64,000 bases of DNA, taken from the NCBI GenBank assembly GCA_010356995.1, contig ML996705.1, positions 1 through 64,000 on the forward strand, in the 5' to 3' direction. The position numbers and the translations under genes are program-made. Shown one piece after another: positions 47,251-59,744 of the stretch. The notes beneath the pieces were generated by a model that worked only from the letters and a program-made list of their open reading frames with translations, made no database searches and was not told the origin of the DNA. This stretch comes from Trichodelitschia bisporula. Lineage: Eukaryota. Each line of letters opens with the position of its first letter. The stretch's first letter is position 1.

Positions 47251-50153
47251 CCGAGCTTTGCTAGCCTGCTAGCCGCAACTCTATCCATCCTTTCGTGCTG
47301 CTTGTACCTCCTGCCATGCGACGTAGCGTCCGAGCCGTGACTCGGATCCTGAAGATCCAGTCGACATTCGGCAGCTAAGCCGTACCGCAAGCAGCCCCGG
47401 TTCCATATACCCATGTCCGAATCCTTCATCCAGCGTTCTTTTTAAGCCTCCACGCCTCTGCGCGCAAAAGGCGGCACCGTCCGGAAGGCTCAGTACAGGG
47501 CCCAGCCTCCTGCAGAGCCGGCTTCGCTTCCTCATCTGTTCTTTGCGAACTTTTACCTCGTGGCAAGTGGGACGCCGTGCGCTGCGGAAACGCTTGGTCA
47601 GAGAGTGCATGCTCATGCACTAGCTCTCTGCACGTGTGAAGCACACTACGGTAGGTTGAGCAAGCGGGCGGGGTATTGCTTATGAGAGTTGTCTTGGCCG
47701 GCCTCGCCGGGCCATCCCTTCGCTCACAAGCTGATGGCGCGACGCGTACCTGCGTTTCAACTTCCCAGAAGGCAAACAGCACTTTCAGGCAGTCCAGCAT
47801 TCTCCAGCTCACAAAACCCCAAGGCTGCGGAAACGCGATCTCAAGCACAGACGAGACATCGGCTTAATCCCTCGTGGCAGCGGGGGGTGCGGCGAGGAGC
47901 CGTCGAGGATGGTCAGACGCTCCTGAAGTCCGACCAGAAACAAGCTTCTCCGCAATGTTGCATTATCGCGCAGGGTCTGAAGGATCAGAGCTGGGATATA
48001 TGCAGGCTAAGGAATTTGAAGTGAGGAACCTACCTTTTACGGGCACCTTTTACAGCATGCCTGTTATGCCGTTCGAAGACCTTGAAAAATGCAGTCACCA
48101 CAACGCCAGCAGGAATATCTGCGCCTCCAGCCTCGCAACGAGGAGGTTGGTCCTAAATGCGAGCCAAAGGCGTTGCGTGCAGTTCCACGAGGCAGTCCGC
48201 GTGGCATAAAGTCTAAATCGTTTCCAGCAGCCTTCGAGAACAATTTTGTGAAGGCCGCGCGCTCGAGCTAGTCCCCGAGCCGCGAACGCCGAGTCATGAG
48301 GCGTTCCGCTTGTGGCCGCCTGCATATCGGAAGCAGCCGACGACTGGTCAAAAGCTTCCACAGTCGTCGGCAGCCGGCCCTCGTTTCCCCACACTGAGGC
48401 TGGCTTGAACAACGCTAGGGTGATCAAACAATGCCAGGCAATGACGATCACACGAGAAGGGGTACGTACCTTGTGTCTTCGTGCCTTTGATGTCGAGAGA
48501 GATGTTGCTCTCAACCGTCGCATTATTTCGTCGAGAGTCTCCAATTTCTGATAAGCCACAACACGACTCGCCTCGGCTTGTTCCGTTCCGTTTATGTCTT
48601 CCCCCCGTCCCGTGGCGCTCGCATTGATGCAGATGGGCGGAGGGGCTGGGTGTTTGCAAGACTTTTCATCGACGGATTAACCACAGTCTCCGGGGCAAGA
48701 GTCAATGCCCCGGCTCACATCGACGGTGCGTGACCGCTTTGGGCAAGGGTGGACCGTCCGTTTCCTAAGAGGATGCTCGTAGAAACTTCGCAAGGCGCGA
48801 ATCCTCCCCGCCTCTCTACTTCTTATTGCCGCACAAGCTCGAGATTATCGAAACTGAAGAAAATGTGGGGGACATCGGTACCAGTTCGCGGGATAGCTGA
48901 GAACGTCAATCACGTATGTGGCCGCCAGTCATGATCTTTCATGATATCCGGCGACTTTTTCCGCCGCAATTTAACACGGGTCGACGGAACGTCCTCCCAT
49001 CTTCTATGCTGATGTCTCGCATTTGAGCTGTACGGATGTACCGTACTGGATCAAGGTACCCCATCAACTTCCCTTGAGCCCAACAACACATGCAACCACG
49101 CCTCTCGCCTTCATTGTTAATCCCCTCACAATCCCGGTGTCGCATCGGTGTCGCAAGCTCTCGTAGCTTGTCCTGTTCGAAGCAGGTGACCCAGCGACGC
49201 CCACCCCGCTTTTACTCCCCGCGAGTCATGCCCCGCACTTCCCAGCAGCATTCGATGACAAGCCACAAACTCGGGTTCGCTTCCAGGCTCCGCGTAGAAA
49301 GCGGCCAACAGACGCCAAAGACGGAGAGGCGGCGAGTAGCGCTCATCGACCCCCGACATGGCCGTGAAGCTATCACGATTCGGTGAGCAAATAGCGTCTC
49401 ATCTTCGGTCTCATCAGTCGTGCGGGTAGTCCCCCACCGCCAGCCTCCCCGCAAAATTCATCGCTCGACACGGACAACCATGTGTAGACCCCCTGGTAGC
49501 CAACATGCGCGGTACCCCTCAAGCTACGGTACGGTATAATCCGCCGCTGCCTCGTGCGCGTCGTGCCAATCTCTTGCCCGCTAGAAATCCCCCAGGACCT
49601 GCAGGCTGCATGTCGCAGTAGTAACAGCGGTCTGGATACAAGAGTCCATACCTCCGCACCTCGCGCGTCAAGTCGGGTGTTAACGTCAAAGCTTCGAGAT
49701 CCTGCAACCGGTTGCTGAACCTCAATCGCCAAGCTAATCTATTCGCGACAAACCCGATGGCCGCTTGAATGCACCAGCGGGTAGTAACGTCGATCGCACT
49801 TTACGAAAGGCTGAGCTGGGCGGTCGTCGACTACATCGCGGTACGTTTCTCTCCTAAGAAAGTTCATCGCGTCCATCACACACTCTTGATATCGAGGTGG
49901 TGCTCGATTTCCGTCGCGGGTGAAGATCGCATCGCAATGCGCGCCGTCTTGCCGTCTGACGTGCCGCCGAACCTCGGCGGAAATATGCCGACAGCCAATC
50001 CCCGACACGAGGCTGGGGTTGCTTGCTGGGAGGCTGTCTGCCCATCACTGTGCAATCAGCCACAACGCCTGCATTCAGTCGCGCATCATCTCCTAAATAC
50101 ACACGCGCGCCCGGTCTGGTACCGTAGCTGACAATGCCTCAGACTTCGCTCCG

Positions 50154-52058
50154 ATGGCCTCAACAGCAGTCAGTCATGAGCAGCGCAATTGGATGGCGGG
50201 GTTCGCCGTGCCTATTCAAATCCTCACGACGGCTTTGGTCGGAATACGCATCGCGTCGCGCATGACCACCAAGGGCAACCTAGGACTGGACGACGTTTTT
50301 ATCATTGTGGCGTGGATTTTGGGGACTGCGCTCACAGTGCTCGTCCTTCTCGGTACGTCTGTATTCTCCATCAGAGAGAATGCGCACTCATAGCAGTAGC
50401 GACCTATAAATATGGCTTCAACCGCCACATATGGGATGTTCCGCCTGACAGGTGGGCCTCGGGAGCCCTCATCGGCTTTATCATCGAATACGTCTTCTTC
50501 TACAGCACCTGTCTGACGAAGATCTCCGTCCTGATGTTCTACCGCCGGCTGGTGGCCGGCACCTACAGCAACAAGTTCAAGTGGGCCATGTGGGCTGCCA
50601 TCACTTTCGTCGTCGTGTATACCATCGTCGTCTCCTTCCTGGTCCTGTTCACCTGCAATCCGATTCCCGCGGTATGGAAGAACTACGACCTCCAGTGGGC
50701 CCAGACCCACAAATTCTCCTGCACGTCAAGGCCCGTCCAGACGTGGGTGGCCGAGCTCACGGGCGCGCTCAGCGTCTTCAGCGACGTGTACTCGATTCTC
50801 CTTCCCGCCGCACTGCTGATGCGAATCCGGATATCACGCCGCCAGCGCATTGGCCTGCTCTTCGTTTTTGGCGTTGGCTTCTTGTGCGTTCTTTTCCACC
50901 ACTGCATCTTCCACCTACTGACATTCCAGGGTCGTCGGCTCCGGCATCGCACGCACCATCTTCCTCGGCCGCACCCAAGCTGAAGTCCTCGACAAATCAT
51001 GGGCAGCCTTCGAAGTCTTCGTCACCAGCATCGCCGAGTGCAACGTCGCCATCATGTGCGCCTGCGCACCATCGCTTAAATCCGTCTTCGGCCGCTTCTT
51101 CCGCGACCTGAGCAGCAAGGTCGGCAGCCGCGACCAGACCAAGGACAGCAGCGGCAACACAAGCCGGTACGACAGCCAGATCTCGAATGCGCTGAAACGA
51201 AGCGCCTCCATGATAAAGCGCATCGCCCCAACGAGCAGACTGGAGGTGCATCTTCAGCGGCGCGACGCAGAGAACAGTTTCGTTGACGCGCACGAATACG
51301 GACTGAAGAGCCTCGACCCCGTCCCCTCAGGCTACGACGACAAGCTAGCCGTCGTGACCGAAGAAACCCACCGTGTGATCTCCCCACCGCCCACCCTCGC
51401 CGTCCCCGACCTCCGCAATTCGGGATCCGATTTCTTCGATATGCGCAGCCGCTTCGACAGCATCCCCGGCCTCGTCACACCGGGGTCCTTCATCATCTCC
51501 CCCTCCGAGTCATCCGACGACGAAGCCTCCCTCGTCCCCGGCAACCCGCGCGACGGACTCCCCGGCTTTTTACCGGACATTCCCTCCGCAAATAGTTCGG
51601 CGCCCGACATCGCCACCCACGGACAGCGGCCACGCAGCGCCTCCGAACCCCCCGCCTTCGATTTCGGCATCCCCCTCAGCCCCGTCACCAGCGACCCGTT
51701 CATAACCTCCGTGCTCCGCATGGACGAGGCGCAGTCCCACTCACCACCCTCCCCGAGAAGCCAGTGGCCATTCAATCGCTCTGACCACACGCGGTTCCAC
51801 GAGCCACGCTCCGCGTCCGCGGCCGAGCGGCCTAACCCCTTCGACGTCGCGCCCTTCGAGCAGCGGCCCGGTACGGCGGACTGGCCGTACTCAGCCGCGG
51901 TGCGCGCCTTCCCCGAGCGCCCGGCGACAGCAAGTCCGCCGCCCTTCGGGATGGGGTTGCAAATACCGCGGCGGCCGAGTAGTGCGTCTAGTAGCGCGGG
52001 TCGGCAACGGCGGCGATTGACGCGAGATAAATGGAGTCCCGCGCTGAGTCCCGCATAG
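50154..52058 (+). CDS. PTH11-like integral membrane protein (fungal rhodopsin-like domain, no CFEM)
   Basis: Motifs LGLDDVFI, YGFNRHIWDV, TKISVLMFYRRL, FTCNPI, SDVYSILLP and ECNVAIMCACAPSLK, with a long disordered tail. Introns at about 50353-50399 and 50884-50929. Confidence 0.88.
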
Positions 52059-52589
52059 GGTTTGGGGCGTTTTGTTTTTGGGATGCGACTTCTGTTCGTT
52101 TGCATAGGTCCCGGAAAAATGGGCGGCATGGTTATGATGGGATGGTTTTTATGAGGTTTCTGGTCTGGCATGGCTGGGCGCTTGGGAGATACCCGCCGCA
52201 CGTTTGGTCTCTGTATATGTACGTATGGTAATGTCTATCTGCATACGCTATGAGTCTTCTGAGTTGATTTTGATATGCCTCGGGTGTCTTACGTATGAGG
52301 ACTAGTAAGGGGACAGGTGGTCTTTCCATCCTGTGATTTAATGTCGTCGGTGCCTTCCCCCGGAAGACCCTTGAAGTGCGCGGTCGTTCTCTCCTTCGTT
52401 GGATGACAAGGCAGGTGCCTGCCACCGGAGGATGTAGTTGGGTCCTATCGTCCCTTCTTGCTCTGGATGATGACGAACGTACTTTCCATGTCGGTACACT
52501 TCTCCTCAGCGGTATCGGATCCTTTGACTCGCACAATGACGCGGCCTTCTCTATAAGTTCTCAGCCAGCCTCGATTTCTTCCAACTATT

Positions 52590-52755
52590 CCAACCTCACC
52601 CACTCACCAGTCAACACTCTCATCTCTTCATCAATCAACACTTTCATCTCTTCATCAATCAACGCTCTCATCTCTTCATCAATCAGCGCTCTCATCTCTT
52701 CATCAATCAACAGCCTCACCACTTCATCCATCAACAATCTCATCTCCTCACCAGT
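52590..52755. repeat. 24-bp minisatellite, about 6-7 degenerate units
   Basis: The unit tcaaca(c/g)(c/t)ctcatctcttcatcaa is repeated and translates as N/S-x-LISSSI. Confidence 0.85.
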
Positions 52756-52839
52756 CTCCCCGCAGCTTGACCTGTTGCCCCAACCTTTTTCAACTTCATC
52801 TCCTCGCCACTCCCCCAGCAGCTCGACTTAACAACAGCA

Positions 52840-54699
52840 ATGGCATCTTCGAAGCGCTCATTCTCTCCCGCCTCACCGGGCGAGGTGCCCCCGTCAAACA
52901 AGCGTCAGGTCCACGCCTCTGAGGAGGTGGAGTGGGAAGACGCACAGACGGCTCCCGAATCTCCCGTCTCTCCGGAATAAATGGTGTGGGAAGGCGTACA
53001 GACGTCTCCCGAATCTTCCGTCTCTCCGGAAGAGATTGCCTTGGACGTCGGGTTCACAACTTCCATGTCCCAGGCTCAAGCCACTCACACTTCGACAAAC
53101 CTCGATCGTGACTGGGAGGTGAGGACGTATCTCATTCCGCGTAGGTCAACTCCCTCCAAAGAAAGCGCATGTGAGCTGACTTGTAACTGAAGGCGTTACT
53201 GGCATTCGTCAGCTTCCCGGAGACATGGCCCGGACTGAGCTAGTCATGAATTGCTCGGAGTCAACGGAAGCGCTTGTGAGAACGCTCCACCCCTTCCTTC
53301 GCAAGCATGAAGAGGTGTTCGTGAGGAAAAGCAATATACCCAAAGAGCCAATGATTTGGCTCATCTATCACATGGAATGCGAAGACGAAGGCCCCATTCC
53401 GCTGAAGGTTGCAGGCCCCGAGGTCCCACATCAGGCACTGCGTGGGGCGGAGGAAGACACCCATGGAGGAAAGCTGTAGAGGCGTGGACATCGACATCCA
53501 CAGCACCCGGGAAGTTCTCACCCACAGCCAGATCAGCAGCTTACGGCGGACCTTCAAGGACTCGTCGGGTGTTCGCGTCATGCTCTCCGGACAACTTTCC
53601 GTTCTCTACGACAACAAGGGGATACTGTTCCGAACGAACATGTACCACGGCGAGGTGGGGTCCATTGGAACATTGTCAGTTCATTGAGAAGTCGGTTCTC
53701 GGGTCCCATTCACACAATCATCATCCTAAGTTTCCGGCGCAGTGGTGGCTGAGGGTGACAATATCTCGATGAAGGCGTGCCTGGGACTGCGCCTCCAACT
53801 GGAGGACAGGACGAATGCCATCACCGTCCCTACTCACGGATTCGTCTTTCTCACACAATCAAACTATTTGGTGAGAAAGCTCAGTTTCTGCTATCACCAC
53901 ATCAAGCCGGTGATGGCTCGCTGCGATCTGGAAGCTTTGACGGGCGGTAAGCCAGCTATAGCCGGGGACAATTTGGCATTGGGCAAGAAGGTCTGCCTAT
54001 GCAACTCGAATCAAGAGGTTGGTATCATCCACCGCACCTTCGACAGTCCATCCAGGACCTTGCCGTACCCTGCTGGGTTCCCCCATGACCTGAGCTTGGT
54101 AACGGGACCCGATCTTCCGGCCATGAATGCACCTCGAGGCATGCCGCTGCTCACCGGGTTGGCACTTCCTCAAGACGTCCTTGATGGTAGGGTCGTTTTC
54201 GTCGGCCAAGTCCTGCCGACTGGCCGCTGCGATTCTCATGCAGGACATGTTGCAAACGCCACTCGCGAGGCCCTTATTGTTGGGCATGAGTACATATGGG
54301 ACGTCTATGGTATTCGGCAGGCGTTTGTTTGGCGCTTAGCCAACTACACGTCTATGGGAGGCTTCAGCGGGGCCGTCCTCGCTGCTGGGAAACCGACGGA
54401 CTCGACCGCCCGCGCCGTCTGCTCCCAAAATTTTGAGGCCCTTCAGCAGACATGGCCCAGTGAACATCTTCCTATACACCAGTGGGGCGATTGCGGGACC
54501 TTCTGGGGCCAATCAGGCTGGGGTCCTAGACACCTATCGTGCAATGGCGGATATTGGCTTCCCGACGACATCTATAAATCTACCATTGTGATGCAGCGTG
54601 TGGACGACCTCTAGGACCCCCCGCCAGCCGCCAACGGGCCACGAACGGCGAGTTCTCACGAATCTTGAGGTTCGGTCAAGCTTCGATCAAGTCAACTAA
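52840..54699 (+). pseudogene. Decayed gene of an uncharacterised fungal family with trypsin-like His/Asp/Ser motif order
   Basis: Premature stops at 52978, 53685 and about 53727, a frameshift near 53420, and a short deletion near 54612. Motifs in order: KACLGLRL, TVPTHGFV, PHDLSLV, GGFSGAVL, QNFE and GGYWLP. Confidence 0.65.
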
Positions 54700-54735
54700 G
54701 CGGACTTGACGACGACCCGAAGAAAGGAGGCTTAA

Positions 54736-55221
54736 ATTTTCATCAACCAACTCAAAACCTCAAGTCACAGCGATTTCAAGGAAGCTCGCATCGAGACGCC
54801 CACTCATGACACCCTCATTGCGTGGCATGAATATGTCTGGGACATCAATGGGCTTCGTCGGACGGCGTTTCTTTGGCGCCATGAAAAAGGCAGGGCTTTC
54901 TCTGGCTACAGAGGGAGCGTCCTTGCAGCCGGAAAGAAAACGGATGCCACCGCCCAAGCCGTGTGCTTCCAGAACTTCGAAACCTGGGTTCAGACTTCAC
55001 GCGGGCACCCGACGACAGGCTTGGGTGCTGCTCTTCTGCTGTATAATGGCGGGTATTGGGTTCCCCCCTACCTCTACGAGTCTACAATCGTCATGCAGCG
55101 CGCGCAGGACCTCCCCGATCCCATTAGCCTGAGGGGACCTCCCCGCCAGCCGCCAACGGGACATGAACGCCGGGTGGTAACGAGCCCTGAGGTTCGGTCG
55201 AGCTTTGACCGAGGTAGCTAA
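54736..55221 (+). pseudogene. 5'-truncated diverged tandem paralog of the preceding gene
   Basis: Open frame without an ATG: ...LIAWHEYVWDINGLRRTAFLWR...SGYRGSVLAAGKKTDATAQAVCFQNFE...GGYWVP...STIVMQR...RQPPTGHERRV. It aligns with 54195-54699. Confidence 0.75.
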
Positions 55222-55510
55222 ATGGGTTTAGAAGGGAGCTGGCGCAATTATGGAGGATATATTGGGTGTATTCTAGTCTTGTTTGACTCCTTTCCAAAAA
55301 AATCTTTCCTGTCCCTTGACCTTCTTGCTGGTGACTGTCGTGATGTTGTACTCAGAGGATGTCGGTACAACCGTGAATTCCCGCTTCGGCCGGGAGGGGC
55401 CGTACCAAGCGGGGTCGGGATTCGCGTCGCACCGCGCCGGCGTGGGGCCGGCTACACGCCCATCCATAAAGCCGACACCGGCGTCCTACAGTCTCAACAA
55501 ACTCATCACC

Positions 55511-57693
55511 ATGGCCGTCGACATCGTCCCCCCACCCACGCCCCCCGCCACTGCCCCCGATACCAGTGCCGCCGGCACCAAGCTCTGGGAGCACCCCTCC
55601 CCGTCCTCAACGGCAATGTGCGGTTTCCTATCCGATATCAGCACGAAATTCAACCTCAGCCTTCCGGACTATCCCGCCTTGCACGCCTGGAGCATAACCC
55701 ACGTCCCGGAGTTCTGGGGCGAGGTATGGGCTTACACGGGGATTCGCGCGTCGACGGAGTATACTGAGGTGTGTGCCCCGCTGTGTACCCCCGCCTCCTG
55801 GCTGACGAGCAGGTCCTCCCTCCGGATGCGCCCATATTCCCGCGCCCGGAATGGTTCGCGGGCGCACGCCTCAATTTCGCGGAGAATTTACTCTTCCCCG
55901 CCAACCGCTCGCTGGACGAGGACTCGCCCGCGCTGATCGCGGCGACGGAAACGAGCCGCACGACACTCTCGTGGGTCGAATTGCGCGAGCGAGTACGCAT
56001 ATTCCGGGCTGCGCTTAGGGCCCGCGGTGTTACGGTCGGCGACCGCGTGGCCGGGTACGTGGGGAATCATGCTGAGGCTGTGGTTGCTATGCTGGCGACG
56101 ACGGCGCTGGGCGCGGTGTGGACGGGGGTTAGTCCTGATACGGGGGTTACGGGGGTCTTGGAGAGGTTGAGGCAGATTGAGCCGAGGGTTTTGGTGTGCG
56201 ATGATGGGGCGTATTATAATGGGCGGGGACATGGGGTTTTGGGGAAGGTTACGGAGATTGTGGATGGGTTGCCGGGGGTGGAGTGTGTGGTTGTTATCCC
56301 CACGGGTGCTGGGGCGGAGGGAGATGCTGCGGGTATACGGGGCGCGGTTAGGCTGGAGGCGTTTCTGGAGGGCGGAGAAGACGAGGATCTGGCTTTCGAG
56401 CAGTTACCGCCTGATCACCCAGTGTACATCCTGTACTCCAGCGGCACAACAGGCGCACCGAAGTGCATTGTCCATGGAGCCATTGGGACGCTCATCCAGC
56501 ATAAGAAGGAACATGCCCTGCACTGTGGCTTGCGCCCCGGGTCGCGAATGCTCTACTTCACGACTGCGACGTGGATGATGTGGCACTGGCTTGTGTCTGC
56601 GCTGGCGGTTGGCGCGACGGTCGTGTGCTACGATGGGTCGCCCTTTCGATCCCCTGGCGAGGAGGAAGGGACGTCAGTCCCGGATGATCTGGCCATGCCG
56701 CGGTTATGTCAGGATCTGGACGTTACGCACTTTGGCACCTCCGCGAAGTATCTTTCCGTCCTGGAGCAGCGGGGCGTGGTGCCCACCGCCTCACTACCGC
56801 TGAACAAGCTCGAGGCGATATACTCGACCGGGTCTCCGCTTGCGCCGAGTACGTTTGCATTTGTGTACAAGGCTTTTCCCGCGAGGATTAATCTGGGAAG
56901 TATTACTGGGGGCACGGATATCATCAGTCTTTTCGGTGCGCCGTGTCCGCTGCTCCCGGTGCGCGCGGGCGAGATTCAATGCTTGGGTCTCGGGATGGCG
57001 GTGCGCGCGTGGGATGGCGATGGGGCGGACGTGAGTGCTTCGGGCGAGGCGGGGGATCTGGTGTGCGTCGCGCCGTTCCCGTGCCAGCCGGTTGGGTTCT
57101 GGGGCCCCGACGGGACAGAAAAGTATCAAGCGGCGTATTTTGAAAGGTTTCCGGGCGTGTGGCATCATGGGGATTATGTGCGGTTTGAGCGGTGGACGGG
57201 GAGTACGGGGGGGTTAGTTATGCTGGGGCGGAGTGATGGGGTGCTTAAGCCGGCGGGGGTGAGGTTTGGGAGTAGTGAGATTTATAATTTGGTGTTGAAG
57301 GGGTTTGGGGGGGAGGTCGCTGATGCGCTGTGTGTGGGGAGGAGGAGGGAGGGGGAGGGGGATGAGACTGTGGTGTTGTTTTTGAGGATGGAGCCGGGGG
57401 TTGAGTGTGATGAGGAGCTGGTGGATCGGGTTAAGGGGTTGATTAGGAAGGAGTTGAGTGCGAGGCATGTCCCTGGTGTGGTGGTGGCATGTCCGGATAT
57501 TCCGGTGACGAGTAATGGGAAGAAGTGGGTTGCCCTTTCCCTCTGGTTTGGTGGCTAGAGCATGGCTAACTGGAGCAGGGTCGAGACGGCGGTGAAGCAG
57601 ATCTTGTGTGGGATGGAGGTTAAGATCGGGGCAGCGGTTGCGAACCCGGAGTGTTTGGAGTGGTATCGGGAGTTTGCCAGGACCAGTGCGTAG
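55511..57693 (+). CDS. Acetoacetyl-CoA synthetase (acetoacetate-CoA ligase)
   Basis: Motifs WFAGARLNFAENLL, YILYSSGTTGAPKCIVH, WMMWHWLV, SITGGTDIIS, GVWHHGD and GRSDGVLKPAGVRFGSSEIY. Introns at about 55770-55812 and 57525-57578. Confidence 0.93.
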
Positions 57694-58289
57694 GTTTGGA
57701 CGGTGGACGTTGGTGATGATACCGCGGCCTGGCGAGTGCTAGGGCTGGACACTGGTGACGAGGCCGGGTAAAAGTCCGGTCAGTGTAGTTTGTAGACATA
57801 CCGGGCCCGCTATCCCGCGTAGGGTAAGGAGTGCGATGATGTTGCCATCTCCACGAGGCTGAAGAACGGCTCGGCGTCGACTAGAACTAAGAGAAAGACC
57901 ATGTGAGTGCGCCTGCGTCTTCTATCGCACATACGGCCAGCTTGCTACTTCAAAGGCTCGTGCTCTTCTTTCGCTTCATCTCCTGTATATCAGCTCGCAA
58001 TATCAGTCCGCGAATCGATCAATAGATTGATCATTGACCAGTAACTATAGTCCGCTTTCTGCTTCGTGATGACTTCCCATTCGTTTATCACCCTCATAAT
58101 CTTGAGTTGAGAATGCAACGTCGCCAGATCCTCGATCTGTATGCCCAGCCGCCCTCATCATCAGGGCCTTAACGACCGGAGCAGCATTCAGCCTCCATCT
58201 GCGCCGCCGAGAAGCCCTCTCAAGTTCGCGTCGCCGGTCTATCGCAGTCCGCGGAAGGCTATCCGCCTCCGCTTGTCCCAGAAACAGCT

Positions 58290-59162
58290 TCACCGTCCAT
58301 CCTTCCCTCCATATTCCGCACGCAACACCTCAACCCTCGCTACCAACCTTCTCAACCCCTCCAAATGCTCTACCATCTTCCCGCCCTCCCCACCACCCTT
58401 AAGCAGCAGAGACGCATACGCCTCGACCGTCACCTGTAAAAAGTTCCGCTCTTCCCACTCGGCCTGCCCTAAAATCCACGCATCAATAGCCTGCAGCGCC
58501 TGCTTCCCCTCCGCGAGTATCCCAGGCCCATCAATAACCGGCGTAGAGAGCGTGAGTTCTTCGACCGCCTCTTGCTTCAGCAGCGGGAAGTATCTCCCAC
58601 CGACCTTCCTCCTCCCGTTGCCGTCAAGGAACATGGTGTACAACCACAACCGCCTTACCGGCCCCTCCACCAGGGCTCTTATGCCTTCATCTTCCTTATC
58701 GTCCCCCTTCTCCTTTTCTCCGCCCTCTAATCCCCGCGCCCATTTCTCCAACCCTTCCCTCCCCACCGTCCCCCGCGGCAAGTCCTTCTCACCCATCCCC
58801 GCCCCCGCAGCACCATTTATAAGAAGTGGCAGACCCTCCGCACTCGCATGCGCATTCGCGCCCACAATCCGTACATCCGTACCCAGTGCGCGGAGTAGCA
58901 GCGCAACGGCAAGACAGCGCGGGTCGAATATCCGCCCTGGGTCTGATCTCTCGGCGGCAGGGCTGATTATGGGGGCGGTGGGTGAGGGGGTAGTGGTGGG
59001 GGAGGTGGTGTCGGAGGCGGGGTCCAGCCAAGTGAATAGCAAAGGATCGGACCCGAAGGCGGCGATCGAGCGCTGGGGCGGGAGGTTTGATCCGTATGTG
59101 GTTAGGGGGAAAGTATTGAATAACTTCTTCAAGGGAGCGGGGATGGGGGGGAGGGAGGGCAT
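58290..59162 (-). CDS. Sam35/metaxin-like mitochondrial outer membrane protein (divergent)
   Basis: IPAPLKKLFNTFPLTTY, FDPRCL and ANAHASAEGLPLL resemble the fungal Sam35 N-terminal motifs. Confidence 0.65.
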   Translation of the reverse strand: MPSLPPIPAPLKKLFNTFPLTTYGSNLPPQRSIAAFGSDPLLFTWLDPASDTTSPTTTPSPTAPIISPAAERSDPGRIFDPRCLAVALLLRALGTDVRIVGANAHASAEGLPLLINGAAGAGMGEKDLPRGTVGREGLEKWARGLEGGEKEKGDDKEDEGIRALVEGPVRRLWLYTMFLDGNGRRKVGGRYFPLLKQEAVEELTLSTPVIDGPGILAEGKQALQAIDAWILGQAEWEERNFLQVTVEAYASLLLKGGGEGGKMVEHLEGLRRLVARVEVLRAEYGGKDGR

Positions 59163-59744
59163 GATGCGCTCGGGGGTGGTGGTGGTGGTGGTGGTGAGCG
59201 GGTGGGGAGTGTGATGGTGAGTGCGATGGTGGGGTTAGCGCATGCTCTGGCGTTTGGTAATCGTGTAGGCGTGACTGAGGAGTTCGGTGGTGATATCGTG
59301 CCGTTGTTGTATGTGGCGGGTCGTGATGTCGTCCTCACTCAGCAGTCGTCGCGTCGCCCAAACTTTTCGTGAAGTTCACCGCACCCCTGCACTTATTGGT
59401 CAATGCACCGCGCTTGCGCCCCGAGCCGATAAAAAACGGCCGGCTAGACTTCCGCAAGCCCCCCGTGCCTCCGTCTCAGCCTCAGCCGATCCGGGCCGCC
59501 GTTGCGCAACCTAAAAAGCAAGATGTCTCAACCAAAAAGCAAGCCAACATCACCATGGAGTCAGACTTTAGAGTTTCAAAAGTTCGCAATATACATTAGA
59601 TAACACACGGCTACATCAGAGGGCCTCGTTAGAGAAGACCGCGGGTATCTAGCGCCCTATCCCCCCCGTCCTGCGGGCGCGTTATCCAAACCCGCTTGCT
59701 TATAAACGGAAGACGCCAGCCGACGCCTTGCAGCATAACCACGA

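Noticed and set aside
7880..57693. Secondary-metabolite gene cluster (dioxygenase, AACS, transporters)
   Set aside because: No PKS, NRPS or terpene backbone gene, and the candidate genes are dispersed among housekeeping genes.
58141..59214. 357-aa plus-strand ORF
   Set aside because: Ser/Pro-rich antisense shadow of the Sam35-like gene.
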